A stretch of 64,000 bases of DNA from Eledone cirrhosa. Taxonomy: Eukaryota. The stretch is from positions 214,396,001 to 214,460,000 of the forward strand of contig OZ024741.1 of the NCBI GenBank assembly GCA_964016885.1, written 5' to 3'. Position numbers and translations under genes: made by a program. Below, piece after piece: positions 40,732 to 56,645 of this stretch (positions are counted from its first letter, which is position 1; each line of letters opens with the position of its first letter). The notes beneath the pieces are model-generated. The model did not search any database. It was not told where the DNA came from and saw nothing but the letters and a program-made list of their open reading frames with translations.

Positions 40732-40980
40732 GACGTGTAGGTGTCACAACAAAAAAACACACAGTCCATGCTGTAATGTGGCCGTGTAGGCATCACGGTA
40801 AAAAGCTCCCAGTCCACACTGTAAACGTGGTTGGTGTTAGGAAGGGCATCCAGCCGTAGAAAACCCGCCAGACAGTCCTGAGCAAGACAACCAATCTTGC
40901 CTCAAGTGGGACAATTCCCATCCAGACCCATGCTAGCGTGGAAAATGGACGTTAAACAATGATGAAGATGATGATGATAA

Positions 40981-40983
<3 letters not shown>
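40732..40983 (+). mobile_element. RTE 3'UTR fragment
   Basis: Same family 3' end and tail. Confidence 0.85.
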
Positions 40984-41048
<65 letters not shown>

Positions 41049-41174
41049 ATATACAGGCAATAACTTATATAGCTGGGAATAGGATGGCAGGTGCAGTACG
41101 GTGATTGGCACCAATGTAAAGCAGTATTGAATATGGTAGGAAAGAAAAAAAAATAGATTGTTTTATATAGGCCT

Positions 41175-41319
41175 TTAACCCTTCAGCATTTACATTACTC
41201 TATATTTACTATTGTATTTTATCTTACATGATTATCTCACATAATATCGAATCTGAGATTTTGATATTATTTATTTCGATGCTGGCCGGATATGGTCGGT
41301 TTAAATGCTAAAGGGTTAA
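41175..41319. mobile_element. piggyBac-type MITE (137 bp plus TTAA TSDs)
   Basis: TTAA-CCCTTCAGCATTTA ... TAAATGCTAAAGGG-TTAA; 13/14 TIR match. Confidence 0.8.
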
Positions 41320-41551
41320 ATACTGCATATTACACACACACATGTAAACATGTGCACACTCACACACATGCACACATACACATATATATCTTGGAGAGGA
41401 GATGGGCACTGCCAAGTATTTCTAAGGTCCACTGAAATGCCATGATGGACATGAGGAACACAAGAAAACATCTCATGTGGCACCCCAAAGATTGGTTTCA
41501 CCAGTTATTGGCATTTGATGGGGTTTGATATATATATATATATATATGTAG

Positions 41552-41705
41552 ATGGCGAATTGGCAGAGTTGTTAGAACATCGGATAGAATGCTTTATGGT
41601 ATTTGTTCCGTCTCTCTGAGTTCAAATGCTGCCGAAGTCAAATTTGCCTTTCATCCTTTCAAGGTCAATAAAAAAATAAGTACCAATCTAGTACCAGGGT
41701 CGATT
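41552..41705 (+). mobile_element. SINE family A, diverged
   Basis: TGGCAGAGTTGTTAG, GAGTTCAAAT, GCCTTTCATCC. Confidence 0.75.
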
Positions 41706-41749
41706 CTTTCTCGTTTCCTCTCTCTCACTTTCTATCTTTCTCTGGAAGA

Positions 41750-42175
41750 AATCTGCTTTTCCCTGCTTGCAAGGGTGGGACTGGTCTTATTCAGCACAGC
41801 ATCTCTCCACTTTTCACGATCCTTTGTCAGCTTCAGTGATCTGAGGTCTGCTCTCACCACTTACCATCTTCCTTCCTCTGGCATTTCTTGGCATTTCTTT
41901 ACCTAGCGGTCATCCTCCATGTGCATCACATGTCCATACCATCGCAGTTTTCTCTCCCGCACACCACAACTTATCTCTCTTACACAGTTTCTCTCTCAAC
42001 TCATCTATGCTTGGTCATTCATGCACATTGACATTGCACATCCAACGGAGCATGCTTGCTTCATTTCTCTCCAGCTGTCGCATATCCTCTGTAGTTGCTG
42101 CCCATGTCTCACTACCATGCAGCATCTCACACAAGCATCATATAACTGGCCTTTCGTACACAGGGAGAAGCCCTT
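41750..42175 (-). mobile_element. Old RTE LINE 3' fragment
   Basis: Minus strand encodes LYDAC...SETW...LERNEASMLRWMC...LRWYGHV remnants. Confidence 0.8.
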
Positions 42176-42448
42176 ATATATATATATGTGTGTATGTTTG
42201 TATTTATAAATATATGTACGAATGTATGTTCTCTCTCATATATACATATAACTTATTTTTTATATCATTAAGAAAAAAACTAATAATTCTTTATCTTCTG
42301 TTTCCAATTTCAGAATTGGTCATGCTGGTTTAGCCAACTTATATCTGTCATTGAGGAATTTGGAGGAATCTTGCTGTTTCTGGACTAGCTTTCTACCATC
42401 TACAAGGTTCAATGTTACCAATTCTGGTTTTATTACTTTACAACGAGG

Positions 42449-42479
<31 letters not shown>

Positions 42480-43202
42480 CAACAACAATAATAATATTAA
42501 TATTACCAATAATACCAAAAACAAGAATAACAAGCTGGCATATTTACCAAAGGAACCTACCTACCTTGCAAACATGGATCTTCTAACTATTCTTCATTCA
42601 CCTGTGAAATAACAGCCTGAGGATTTCATTGGCTAATGTTACCTTCATTTTCATCTTCATCCATCCACACTCATAAACACACAAGCAGAAACATATACAC
42701 TTAAATACATACACACACATATATATATATATATATAGTGATATATATCGCTATATATATTAATACATAAATAATACAAAGCATACACATATAAATACAT
42801 TACATATATACATATATATATATATTTTATTTGTTTCTGTTTAAAAAGATTCAAAATTTTAATTTGAAAAAAAAAAAAAAGAGATTTGTTTTCCTGAAGG
42901 GCGTGATAATTTGTTTGTTGTGTTTGTTGTGATTTATTTGTTTGATTGTATTACTTCCCCTTGGTTACACGCATCCATCCATACTTTCATCCATCCATAC
43001 ACTCACACACATACACATACACATCTGTCATATATATATATATATATATTTATTTATATATATATATAATGACAATGTGCATTTAAGCACTTCTCTTTAA
43101 ACCTTGTATATTAATCATATATATATATCTATCTTTGTTTATTTTTTTTTTGCTTTTATTTCATTGACCCTGTCATGTAAACATTAGGATTACCAGGATA
43201 TA

Positions 43203-43239
<37 letters not shown>

Positions 43240-43251
43240 CATACACACACG

Positions 43252-43322
<71 letters not shown>

Positions 43323-43621
43323 CTATATTTATAAGGAACAGAGCAACTTGCCATCTTGTATTTTTTGCAAAGCCCCCTCCACAAAAAGAAAAAAGTAATT
43401 ATATATATATAGTTAAAATTTATTGCTGCTAAATTTTGAAAATGTGACATGTGACCCATTGGTGTTTTTTGCTTTAAAATCTCTTCTGCTTCTCACCTAC
43501 CATTTCTCAAGATATTCAGAATCTCAGAAGGATTTACCCATCTTGAAAGGAACTACGTGATACGGAGTAAGATTATTTTTTTTCATTTACCATTTACAAT
43601 GGATCTATATATATAAATCTC

Positions 43622-43669
<48 letters not shown>

Positions 43670-44140
43670 ATTATTAATCCTTCACAGAAATGATGTTTTT
43701 TCACCAGGAGTGAAAGAAGAATAAAACTACTTTCAGTGGTACCCTCGAGTTAAACCAAACAAAACAAATACTCACAAAACAAAAAACAAAAAAAAAACAA
43801 TATAAAACTAAGAATATTTTTTTTTTAAATCTTGAAACCATATTTTAAATATACCCCCATTCCTTCAAAAAATCTTTTCAATATATCTAGTTCCTTGGAA
43901 ATATTGTTTAATTGCATCTGATATATTGGAAACATATTAAAACATCTATCATATCTTGGAAACATATTTTAAACTTCCCTGAAATTTGGAAACATCTTTT
44001 AAACATCTTTTAAATATCCTTCAAATCTTGGAAACATAATCAGCCTCCTTTAAAAAAAGGGCATTTAAAAATAAAGAGCACCAAAAACTTTTAATTGTAA
44101 TCTTAATTTTAATTCATAAACCAAAATTTAAGTTATAATC

Positions 44141-45418
44141 ATGGCAGTAAATAAGGAAAAACCTTTTGTGTTTACATCTTCCTCTTCTCGTCCGTTCTAC
44201 ATTGATCTGTTTGTGCTGATTGTCTGTGTTCTTGGACTGGCTAAAGCTCAGCAGCCACCTTGTATTGTCAAGGGGTGCATCTATACTCGTTTGCCGTGGT
44301 ACGGCTATTTAATTCAAAAGACATTCCACAGAGATATGGCAAAAATTCAGTACCAGTTATGGTATCCAGTTAGTGAATGCTGTGCAAACCTGCTGATTTA
44401 TTATGATGACCAGTTGCGTACGCTCAACGACAAAATGTCGTGTTCAGAAAGAGAACGTATTTTACCCGCAGATAACAACCAGATTATACCCCTGTACACA
44501 GGGAACCACAAATCTGTAGGCTGTAAAATATCCAACGAAACAGGTAAATCAATTTATGTGTGTATCGGAGAACGAACATTTCGATCAACTGGAGCCCGAA
44601 CCTGGTATTTTGCTATTAGTCGTTGTAGTTCGAAAACCCACCTAAACTTAAACTATTTCTTTAATATCACAGGGTTCTATGGAACCTGTGAAGAAGACGC
44701 ACTGTCTTTCTCTAAGACTTATATTCCTCCCAAGCAGAACAATGGTACAAACCTCTATGCTGTTATTTTTGGTGTTGTGTCCGGCGTGATGTTGATTTTG
44801 GCTGTTCTTTTCTTCTCATTGTGGTGCGTAGCAGTCCGGCGTAAAACGAGTGGCTCAGTTACCTCGAGTCAAGCGACTATGACCCATGACATATTCTACG
44901 TAAACCATTCGCTCTCTGACCGCGAGCAGGCCGACTACTCGCAGTCAAGTTCGGAGAACTACTATGAGGTGATCCCGGAAAGAAGAAGCTATGAGAGCAT
45001 CAGTGCACAGGCTGCATCAACAGCAGAACGCCACCACAGCCTGCGTACGCACGCGACCCTCGCCAAAGAGCACCGAACACATACGACATACATCTTCGAC
45101 GACTATCCCCCGCCTCCTTACCACCCGCCCCAGCCCACCCCGAGTAAAGGCCAACCACAGCGGCAGCCAGTCCAGGTTATCCAGGCAATGCAGCCCATTC
45201 AGAGCTTGCAGACAGGTATGCAGACCAGTTTGCAGTCTAGCATGCAACCTAGCCTGCAGCCTAGCTTGCAGACCACTATACAGCCTAGCCTGCAGACCAC
45301 TATCCAGCCTAGTCTGCAGACAACTCTTCAACCTAGCCTGCAGACAAGCATGCAAAGTAGCATACCGACAGCTGTAATGCAGCCCAAGTTTCAACCAGCA
45401 CTGGAAACCAGTGCATGA
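44141..45418 (+). CDS. Predicted single-pass type I membrane protein with TMEM145/GPR180-like N-terminal domain (425 aa, uninterrupted ORF)
   Basis: Only long high-complexity non-TE ORF; start context ATCATGG; signal-like LFVLIVCVLGLAKA; Cys-containing ectodomain with LLIYYDD, SCSERE and RTFRSTGARTWYFAISRC (recalled similarity to TMEM145/GPR180 N-domain); TM ~aa 205-232 followed by RRK; cytoplasmic YYEV, YESI, PPPPY; C-terminus ETSA. Confidence 0.88.
   Translation: MAVNKEKPFVFTSSSSRPFYIDLFVLIVCVLGLAKAQQPPCIVKGCIYTRLPWYGYLIQKTFHRDMAKIQYQLWYPVSECCANLLIYYDDQLRTLNDKMSCSERERILPADNNQIIPLYTGNHKSVGCKISNETGKSIYVCIGERTFRSTGARTWYFAISRCSSKTHLNLNYFFNITGFYGTCEEDALSFSKTYIPPKQNNGTNLYAVIFGVVSGVMLILAVLFFSLWCVAVRRKTSGSVTSSQATMTHDIFYVNHSLSDREQADYSQSSSENYYEVIPERRSYESISAQAASTAERHHSLRTHATLAKEHRTHTTYIFDDYPPPPYHPPQPTPSKGQPQRQPVQVIQAMQPIQSLQTGMQTSLQSSMQPSLQPSLQTTIQPSLQTTIQPSLQTTLQPSLQTSMQSSIPTAVMQPKFQPALETSA
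45195..45362 (+). repeat. In-frame 12/24-bp coding repeat (QPSLQTTI-like)
   Basis: CAGCCTAGCCTGCAGACCACTAT units with synonymous variation. Confidence 0.85.
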
Positions 45419-48214
45419 ACTGATATATATAAAATCAATGGAATTTCAAGCTAAAACTTGCTTCTGACATTTTTTAAAAGAAGAAATCAAACTAAAGCCA
45501 GATTTTATGAAGTCTTTCTTATTCATCTTTTATGATTCCATGCATCGACATTTGCAAATGAAACATGCCCCCTCTTCTTCTTGTCCATTTATTCCAAGTA
45601 AAGGGAGGAAGAGGAAAACCTTCAAGTGATTTGGTTCATATCACTTCTTTGTTCTCCCCACCTCATCTCCTGACACCTCCAACTGACTGAATGAACCAGA
45701 AACTTCTATTAAGATGATGATGACAACAACAACAACAACTGCTACAAAAACAACAACAATAAAACAGTTACAATAAGGAGACTAATTTCTGAAAAATGAT
45801 GATGAAGCCATCTTTGAGATAACTAAAATAATAATTCAAGTGTTGGCTCAAGAAACAAACCAGAAACCAGGAAATAAAAAAAAAAAATTTTTCAAAAAGA
45901 AATTTCTTCTTCGGATATTTTTGGTTCAGAAACAAAACAAAACAAAACAAAACAAAACAAAACAACAAAAAAGTGAAATTCTTGCCAGCTTCCTTTTGTT
46001 ATTTCACAGAGAAAAAATGAAAGAAAGAACGAAAGACAAAAGTAATGTTTTGTTTCTTTATTCTCTCTGGCTGTGGCAGTTCTTGAATATCTCTTGGAGA
46101 CAATGGCTTTTTAAAAGACAAAAAAAAAAAAAAAAAATACTCAATGCTGGAAAAATGTACAGGTGGGAAAAGTACACTAAACCACCAACCAACCAACCAA
46201 TAAGTGAAGTCACTTCAGCGAAGGACTATAGCACCTCCCAACCAACCAATCAATGAATCAGTCATTTGAATGAAGGACTATACCACTTCCAAACCAACCA
46301 ATCAGTTACTTCAGTGAAGTTAAAAGCATATGTTGCTTGTTAAAAGCATATGTTGAAATACAGAAATATTATCAACCCTAAATAAATAAGATTTTTTTCT
46401 CTTTTTGTCAAAATGATATTTATTAATATAATAATAATAATAATGATGATGATGGTAATAATGCTTTCTTTATTATTGTTGTTATTTTTATTAATAATAT
46501 ATCTTAACATAGAACAAAACTTTGAGACAAATAATAATAATCATTGTTTAAAAAGAAAAAAAAATAGCAATGCTGACTTTGGTCTTCATTGTTCCCTTAC
46601 CTGCCATCTGTTTCTTCAAAGACAAAATATTTGAATGAAAAAAATTAACCCTACTCTTAGACCTCCCCTCAACCACCAGAAACAACAAAATCAATGAACA
46701 AAACTGAAATAAAATATCTTGTGTTGTGGAAGAAAGGGAGAGAGGAAAACTTTTTTTTTTTTTTTTTTTGCAACAGCAACAGTAATGATAATAATACAAA
46801 TATTAATAATAATGATGATAATTATCGTCAGAAATTGTTGTCATGGAAAATATGTAATGTGGAATGAGGATTATATTTTTTTCAATCAATTGCTGTTAAT
46901 CTGGAAAACATGGAGAACCAATACATACATTAATATATGTGCATCTATTTATATATATCTGTATATATGTATGTATGTATGTATGTATATATGTATGTAT
47001 ATATATGTATATATATATGTATATATATATGACAGGTTTAAATTGATGAATTTTTTTTTAACAATAAGATTTTTATTATTTATTAGAATTTTTTTTATTT
47101 CTTAATCAATATTACCTACAGTACTTCAGAAATTAAGAAAATAAACACAGGGGTGGGATTTTATTTTTATTTTTATAATTTTTTTCTAATTTCAAAAGGG
47201 ACCTTCTTGAGACAATAAATTCAGCTTAAGTTTCTCAAGTCAACAGATGGGATAAGTTCATTTGGATAATCTCCCCTTTTAGTGGTTCTTAATAAACAGA
47301 AGAAGGGTTTCAGTGTATTGTGGGGGGTAGACATTTTGCTCATATATTAGATATTGGTGAATTCATAGATGAGTATTTTGTTTGAGTATAAACATTTTCT
47401 GTAGGAATATATATATATATATGACCATATTCCATTAAAAAACAGAACCACAATAAAAAGTAAGCTATACATGAAGTAGAAAGGGTATGATATTTTATTA
47501 AAAGGTGACTCTTACAGGACTGGTTCTGTTTCTTCCAGTAAATAAATCATCAGCGAGGCTATGTATGAGTGTGAGTATGAGTACGTATATGTGTATCTAT
47601 AATTGTGCGTTGAATATTCGATTTATACTATTCCATTCCACTGTCATACGAGACTAAAGGGCATCTGAGGTGAGGGTGGGTGTAAGAGAGAATTGATCTG
47701 TGCTGATTCAGTTATAGACCTTCATAAGGCTGGAGCATTTAGGTGGTCATTTGATATACTAGAAATAGCAGTCAAATTATCCTCAAATCTTAACTTGCAG
47801 GTTTGGGATAATTCATAGTTCTTCATACACAAGTCTGCAAAAAAAACGAAACAATAATAACAATAAAATAAAATAAGAATTTATATAAAATTGTAAGGGT
47901 CACTGCGGGTTGGAATGTCTTTAATAATAGGCCTCTGCTCCATGGGTACAAAAAAACAACTAGTTTTCTCTAGCCAGTATATATATATTTACATATATAC
48001 AACACAAACACATACATACATACATACATACATACACTAAATAAATAACATTTAATATTTTGGTTTAACGAACTGTTTCTAAGTGCCAGTGCAAAAATAT
48101 GTTAATTAGTTATGTTTATTTTCGTTTTATTTTTATCATCTAATATTAGAAAAAAGAGTGTATATCTTTGTATGTATTTATGTATATAGATATATATAAT
48201 TATATATGTTTGTG

Positions 48215-48545
48215 GCCGATTTCTTCTAACAAGAGCTGGTTTTGTTAACCATCTGAAATCACATGAGCTGGGGAGAAATGAAGCCAATGGTGAGATGGTT
48301 CTATTGCCACACACTCAATGGTACATTTGCAATGAATGTGTGGCTTAATTTGCAAGTCAGCGGGTGGACAGACCAGGCATGGTAAAATACATGAAGACAC
48401 ATCCCAGTTGGTTTTGCCAGGAGACAGACAGTTCAAGTATCACGTCTGTGAGCATACCTGTAAAACAAAAGTTGGTCTGAAAAGTCACCTGCGTGCACAT
48501 GATCGTCCGATGTCCAATGGAAGAATGGCACTCTTCTGACAAGAA
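48215..48545 (+). mobile_element. LINE (RTE-like) ORF end with two C2H2-like fingers, decayed
   Basis: C..CGLICKSAGGQTRHGKIH and HVCEHTCKTKVGLKSHLRAH, preceded by a SWE.......W remnant. Confidence 0.6.
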
Positions 48546-49416
48546 GTAGCAATCAGCATTTATATATGTATATGGTCTAATGCTTAAGGTGTTGGTTTCA
48601 TTAGCTTTAAAGTCATATGTTTAATCACTGGATTAGTCTGCACATTGTGTTCTTGAGCAAGTTATTTTATATCACATTCCTCTCAGTCCACCTAGCTGGA
48701 AATTAGCAGTAGCAGCAGCCACAGCTGGGTTTTTTTAAATTGTGACTGATATGTATCCCATCCAGAGAGGTGCCTTTCACCTCCTGTGCTTAAGAAAGAC
48801 TTACATTTTTTTTTGTATTGGTATGTTTGTTTGTTTAGTTAAGGAGTTCACTTCATAACTACATGGTTCAAGGTTCAATTCCAGTGTGCAGCACCTTGGG
48901 CAAGTGTCTTCTACTATAGCCTCAGGTTGACCGATGCCTTGTGAATAGAATTTGGTAGACGCAAATTGCAGAAGTTTATCATATGCGTGTGCATGCGTGC
49001 GTGTGTGTGTGTATTATGTGTATAAATATATATGCCTGTGTCTATGTCCCATTACCTAACAGTTCGACAAAAGAGATTGATAAAATAAATACCAGACTTG
49101 AAAATATACTGGGGTTGATAAGATTGACTAAATCATATATATATGTGTGTCTGTCTGTCTGTATGTATATATATGTGTGTGTGTGTCATAATTCCCAAGC
49201 ACAGGCACACAAACACATACACTGTGTTGAAAGAATTTTAAAAAGTCTTAACATGCATATATGCATTTCTTAATTTCTTTTTTTAAATCTTTCTCCACCA
49301 GCCAGCTCCCCACCCACTCACAAATTCAAGAAATTGGTCCATCTCATAATGAATTAGTCGGCTTTGAAATTTGTAGCAGCATTTGGGAGAGAGGATGATT
49401 TCAACCCTGTTGTAAA

Positions 49417-49808
49417 CGCATATGGCTTAGTGGTTAGTGTGTTAGACTCGTGATCATGAGATTGCAGGTTCACTTCCTGGACCAGGCTGTGCATTTGTAT
49501 TCTTAATGGAAACAGATTATTTCACAGTGTTCCTTCTGCCAGGAATTGCTACCAACAGATAGTTTCAGCAATGGAAAGACCAATAGAAACATTATTTTCT
49601 TGGCCTGATCTGATGATCAGTTCCTTTTTTCTGCCAGGAGTTGCAAACAGCAGATAGTATCAGCAATGGAAAGGCCAATGGAAACATTGTTTGCTTGGTC
49701 TCATCTGATGATACATTCTTTTCTTCTGCTAGGACTTGTGACCAACAGATTAGTATCAGCAATGAAAAGACCAATGGAAACATTGTTTCCTTGGTCTCAT
49801 CTGATGGT
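49417..49808 (+). mobile_element. SINE family B with about 3 tandem copies of its ~97-bp 3' module
   Basis: TTCTGCCAGGA...CAGATAGTATCAGCAATGGAAAGACCAATGGAAACATTGTTT...TCTGATG three times; same module as 4230-4310. Confidence 0.75.
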
Positions 49809-50605
49809 TGGCTGCTTTCCTTTGAGCCCTGTTCCTGAGAATTTAAAGAGTTCACAAGAGAATAAAAGAGACAGGAAAACAAGGTGAAAGATTGAGAGAG
49901 AGAGAAACAAAGTCACAGAAAGAGAAAGAGACACAAGTGACAGAGATAGAGAGAGAACTGATGTTAAAGTTGAAAAATTGATTCATGCTTATCTTTATAT
50001 TTGTGTTTTTTTTTTTATTTCATTTATTTTATTTTTATTATTATGAATATTATTTAATTATTATTTTACAACCTAACAATTTTATTATTTGATTTGCTTT
50101 TTGTTTTTCTTTTTAATTTTCAACTGATTTATTTTTTTTGTTTTATTTTTAATTACTATGGAAACTTTGAAGAATATTAAGATGAATTTTCTCTCCAAAG
50201 TTCATCCAAACGACCCCTCCCACACTCATTTATCTTATTTTATGAATTTATTATTATTAATATTATTATTATTATCATCAACCAGTCATTAAAATGAAAT
50301 AATTAAATAAATAAAATAAATATTAAACATTTTAAGTTTATTTTTTTTGTTGTTGGCTTGGTTTAGCTAATAATATATAGCATTTAAACAACTGAGAATG
50401 TGTGTAATTAGTAATATTTTCAAATCCCCAAGTTTCAACAACAAAACAACTAATTGTAGAACTGACGAACTACATAGAATTATCTGGAATAGAAGAAATT
50501 GACCCTCTAAAAAAAAAAAAAATAAAATATATATAAAGTAAACATAAATGACACAGTGCAATGAAAAAATATATTAGTTTACCGCTTGAAATAACAGGAA
50601 AAGAG

Positions 50606-50640
50606 TATTAACATTTCAGACATAGGCCTTCATCAGAAGA
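50606..50640 (-). ncRNA. Degenerate minimal hammerhead motif
   Basis: TT-CTGATGA-AGGC-CTAT-GTCT-GAAATGTT-AA; stem II intact, stem III weak (likely decayed GAAACGTT). Confidence 0.5.
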
Positions 50641-50864
50641 TATATATATATATAAGAGAGAGAGATTTATTGAATTTTACAGAAGTACTTTTGTTTCAAA
50701 GCTTATATCTCCATCAGAATCTACAGATCTCTGAAGAACATATATAAGGAATGAAACTAAATAAAGTAATAAAACTATTATCTCATGAAGTTGCTCCAAC
50801 AAATTTAAAATCTTATGAAGTTGGGGTTAACTGTTTGTGTAATACAAACAGACCTATTATAGCA

Positions 50865-51112
50865 TGTGAAGGCATGTGGCCTAGTCAGGGTTTTGGGCTT
50901 TCCATCATAATGTTGTTGGTTCGATTTGTGCACTGTTGTGTTCTTGAGCAAAACACTCCATTTCACGTTGCTCCAGTATGTTCAGCTGAAAAGGAGTATT
51001 AGCAATAGCTGAGGGTTTAGCCATGTGAAAGATGGCATCCTGCCCAGGAGTGAGTCTTGTACTCTGTCACTTAACACCAAGAAACTGGGATAAGCACCAG
51101 CCTAATGAGAAA
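50865..51112 (+). mobile_element. SINE family B / V-SINE-like, diverged
   Basis: TTCTTGAGCAAAACAC...TTTCACGTTGCTCCAGT...TGGCATCCTGCCCAGG. Confidence 0.65.
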
Positions 51113-52190
51113 CAGACTTTATAATTTAGACTGTTTTACCATGGAATGGGCTGATTGGAAGTTGGATAATAAACCTTATATTATTGGAATTAATGTAGCA
51201 CCTCTCCATTTGAAATCTAAAGTTTGTTATTTGTAGCTTCCGGCACCTCTGCTTGAAGGTGTGTAGAGATAGCTAGTTGATCAGTGGAGTCAGGAGAATC
51301 CAATGGAAGAGAGTGGTAGGTGCTCCAGCTGATAGGAGAGAGAGACCAGGGAGAGTTAAGTATGTTGAGCTAATGATCATAAGGTCGTGGGTTTGAATCT
51401 GAGACCGTGTGGTATGTTATGTTCTTGCTTTTCATAATAGGATTAAATTAAAAGACTCAAGATCTCTTATAAGATGCAACCTCATAAAAGGTCAGCTAAA
51501 CATACATGATAGGGCTTGGGTCCCATCATTAAGACACCCAAGAAACCTCATAAAATTCAACTTTATAAGAGGCCAGCTGTAAATTATATTTCTTTTTATT
51601 TGTCAGGGGGGCAGGACCTTTCTTCTAAGAAAAAGAAAATAGTATTTTCTTTTCTGTCACTCCATATTTTTATTTATTTTATTTCATTTTATATTATTTT
51701 TTTATTTTATATGTAAGTAAATTGCCCCTGTCATTGTTTCTGTCCATATTGTTAATGCAATCAAAAAAAATAATAATATACACATATTAAAAAACCAAAA
51801 ATATATTTAAAAAAACAACAAAAATATAGGTATACAAGTATTGTGCCGCATTGTTATGTGAAGATGTGTGGCCTCGTGGTTAGAGAGTGTAGGATATATG
51901 GTCCTGGGTTTGATTCATGTAGAGAGTGGCACATTGTGTTCTTTTCACACAGTTTCTTGTGATAGGACTGCTGACCTCACAAAAGACAAGTTAAACCACC
52001 ATAGTTGTGAGCTGCAAATTTCATTTTTTTTTTTCATTTCAGGCAGAGCCCTTGTTCACTGGGAAAATATATAGTGACCCTTATCACAAAACAGACACCC
52101 AAATGTTAATTTTCTCAAAAAAAAATCTAGGGGTTTTATTTTGATTAGTGACAGTCCAACAAATTTGAACATGGTGTATGTGTGTGTATG

Positions 52191-52227
<37 letters not shown>

Positions 52228-53167
52228 ATGTATATATGTGTGTGTGTGTGTATGTGTGTGTGCACACTGTGAGAGAAAAATGTAAATTCTTATATATGAG
52301 GGGCAGGATCAATGTTGGTGCAGAATTGAAATAATTTCTGTTGACATACAGCTACTACTACTACTATTACTACTACTACTACTACTACTACTACTATTAT
52401 TATGACACAGGCCATCATGGAAAAACCTCTATGAAGTAGATTGACTTTGTACAAATTGCTGCCTCAAATTACATATATATCCATATATATATCTATACAT
52501 ACATACACACATACACACATACATATATACATATATATATATATGTATTTCAGTACTGTGATCTCTCCATGTTTTCCTTTCGGTAACTTCCTTCGCTGAA
52601 CAAAAATTAAACCCTTCAGCACTTGGTTTCAGTTTTCTTGGTTAAAACCTGGCTCGTCTGCTCATATATATATGCATCAAAATATATATATATATACATA
52701 TACACACACATGTGTATATAACCTGTTTTTCACTGTGCTGCCTGATTATACAGTATTAATGCTCACACACCAAATCTCTCTATATATCTGGAGTCTTTAA
52801 CTTTATGAAGAATTGACCTAACATTATTTTTATAAGCAGACACACACATACGTTGAAATACGTGGCCTAGTGGCATTGGACACATGGTCATAAGGCTGTG
52901 GGTTTGCTACATTTCACGTTGCTTCTTATGATAGGGCTGGACCCATCACATCAAAACACCTGAGAAACCTGATATGAGATGCAATCTTGTAGTGGGTGAG
53001 ATAAACCTCCATTGGTGTGAGCAGAAAATTTAATTTTTTTTTTCACACACATACATGATGCCCAAAGATCAAATATAAATAAAACCAAATTTTCAACATC
53101 AGACATACATCATCTATGAATAAATGCAACGGAACGGAATGGTCATCACCAGACCAGGGACATCCAC

Positions 53168-53675
53168 ACCTCCAACAAAATCTACTGCTGTGAACTAGTG
53201 CCAACCTACAAAGGCACCTTCAGGTCACGTTTCCTCACCTCAAACAAGACCTGCTGCTGTGAACTAGTGCCAACCTACAAAGGCACCTTCAGGTCACGTT
53301 TCCTCACCTCAAACAAGACCTGCTGTTGTGAACTAGTGCCAACCTACAAAGGCACCTTCAGGTCACGTTTCCTCACCTCAAAGAAGACTTACTGCTGTGA
53401 ACTAGTGTCAACCTACAAAGGCACCTTCAGGTCACGTTTCCTCACCTCAAAGAAGACTTACTGCTGTGAACTAGTGTCAATCTACAAAGGCACCTTCAGG
53501 TCATGTTTCCTAACCTCAAACAAGACCTGCTGTTGTGAACTAGTGCCAACCTACAAAGGTACCTTGAGGTCACGTTTCCTCACCTCAAACAAGACCCGCT
53601 GTTGTGAACTAGTGCTAACCTGCAAAGGCGTCTTCATGTCACGTTTCCTCACCTCAAACAAGACCTACTGCTGTG
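53168..53675. repeat. 69-bp minisatellite, about 7.3 copies
   Basis: 23-aa periodicity CCELVPTYKGTFRSRFLTSNKT(C/Y) in ORF 53198-53770. Confidence 0.95.
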
Positions 53676-54111
53676 TACCCGTGAGAAAGCACGCGGGCAC
53701 TTTAACGATTCCTTACTTTTCCCGCTTTTTTTTCACGATGGGATACAGAAAATTGTTTCTGATTTCCTAATCTGATAAACTGAATATCAATCAATATCGA
53801 TTGTAATAATAATTATATTAAGTAAAACAGAAAAAAGATGTAATGTTTCCAAATTATCTGAAAAGGTATCCATTGATTGGGTCCAAATGACAACCAACAC
53901 ATCCTCTTGATATCTGTGTATGTTTAGAAAGAAATATTTTTTACTCTACTCCGATACCTTGGAGGTGATTTTCTCAGAAAGAAAGCAAACAACACGAAAT
54001 GATTTTAACCTTACGAGGGATGCGTATGTCGCCATTGGATGAAAAATAAACTAATAAATACATATATTGAGCACTGTCTAAGTAACAGGACCCTTGGATA
54101 GAATCTGAAAT

Positions 54112-54146
<35 letters not shown>

Positions 54147-54191
54147 TTCGCTTAATGTCCGTTTTCCCTGTTAGTTAAGGCTAGGCATATA

Positions 54192-54237
<46 letters not shown>

Positions 54238-54280
54238 CTCTCCCTCACTTGGTTAGAAAATTTTTTTTTTTTCCATTGTT

Positions 54281-56645
<2,365 letters not shown>

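Noticed and set aside
44991-45394. Overlapping alternative-frame and antisense ORFs in the membrane-protein gene
   Set aside because: By-products of the GC-richer repetitive coding region.
47517-47553. Minus-strand CTGATGA...GAAAC...GTC hammerhead-like string
   Set aside because: Stem I does not pair and stem II is marginal; compatible with chance.
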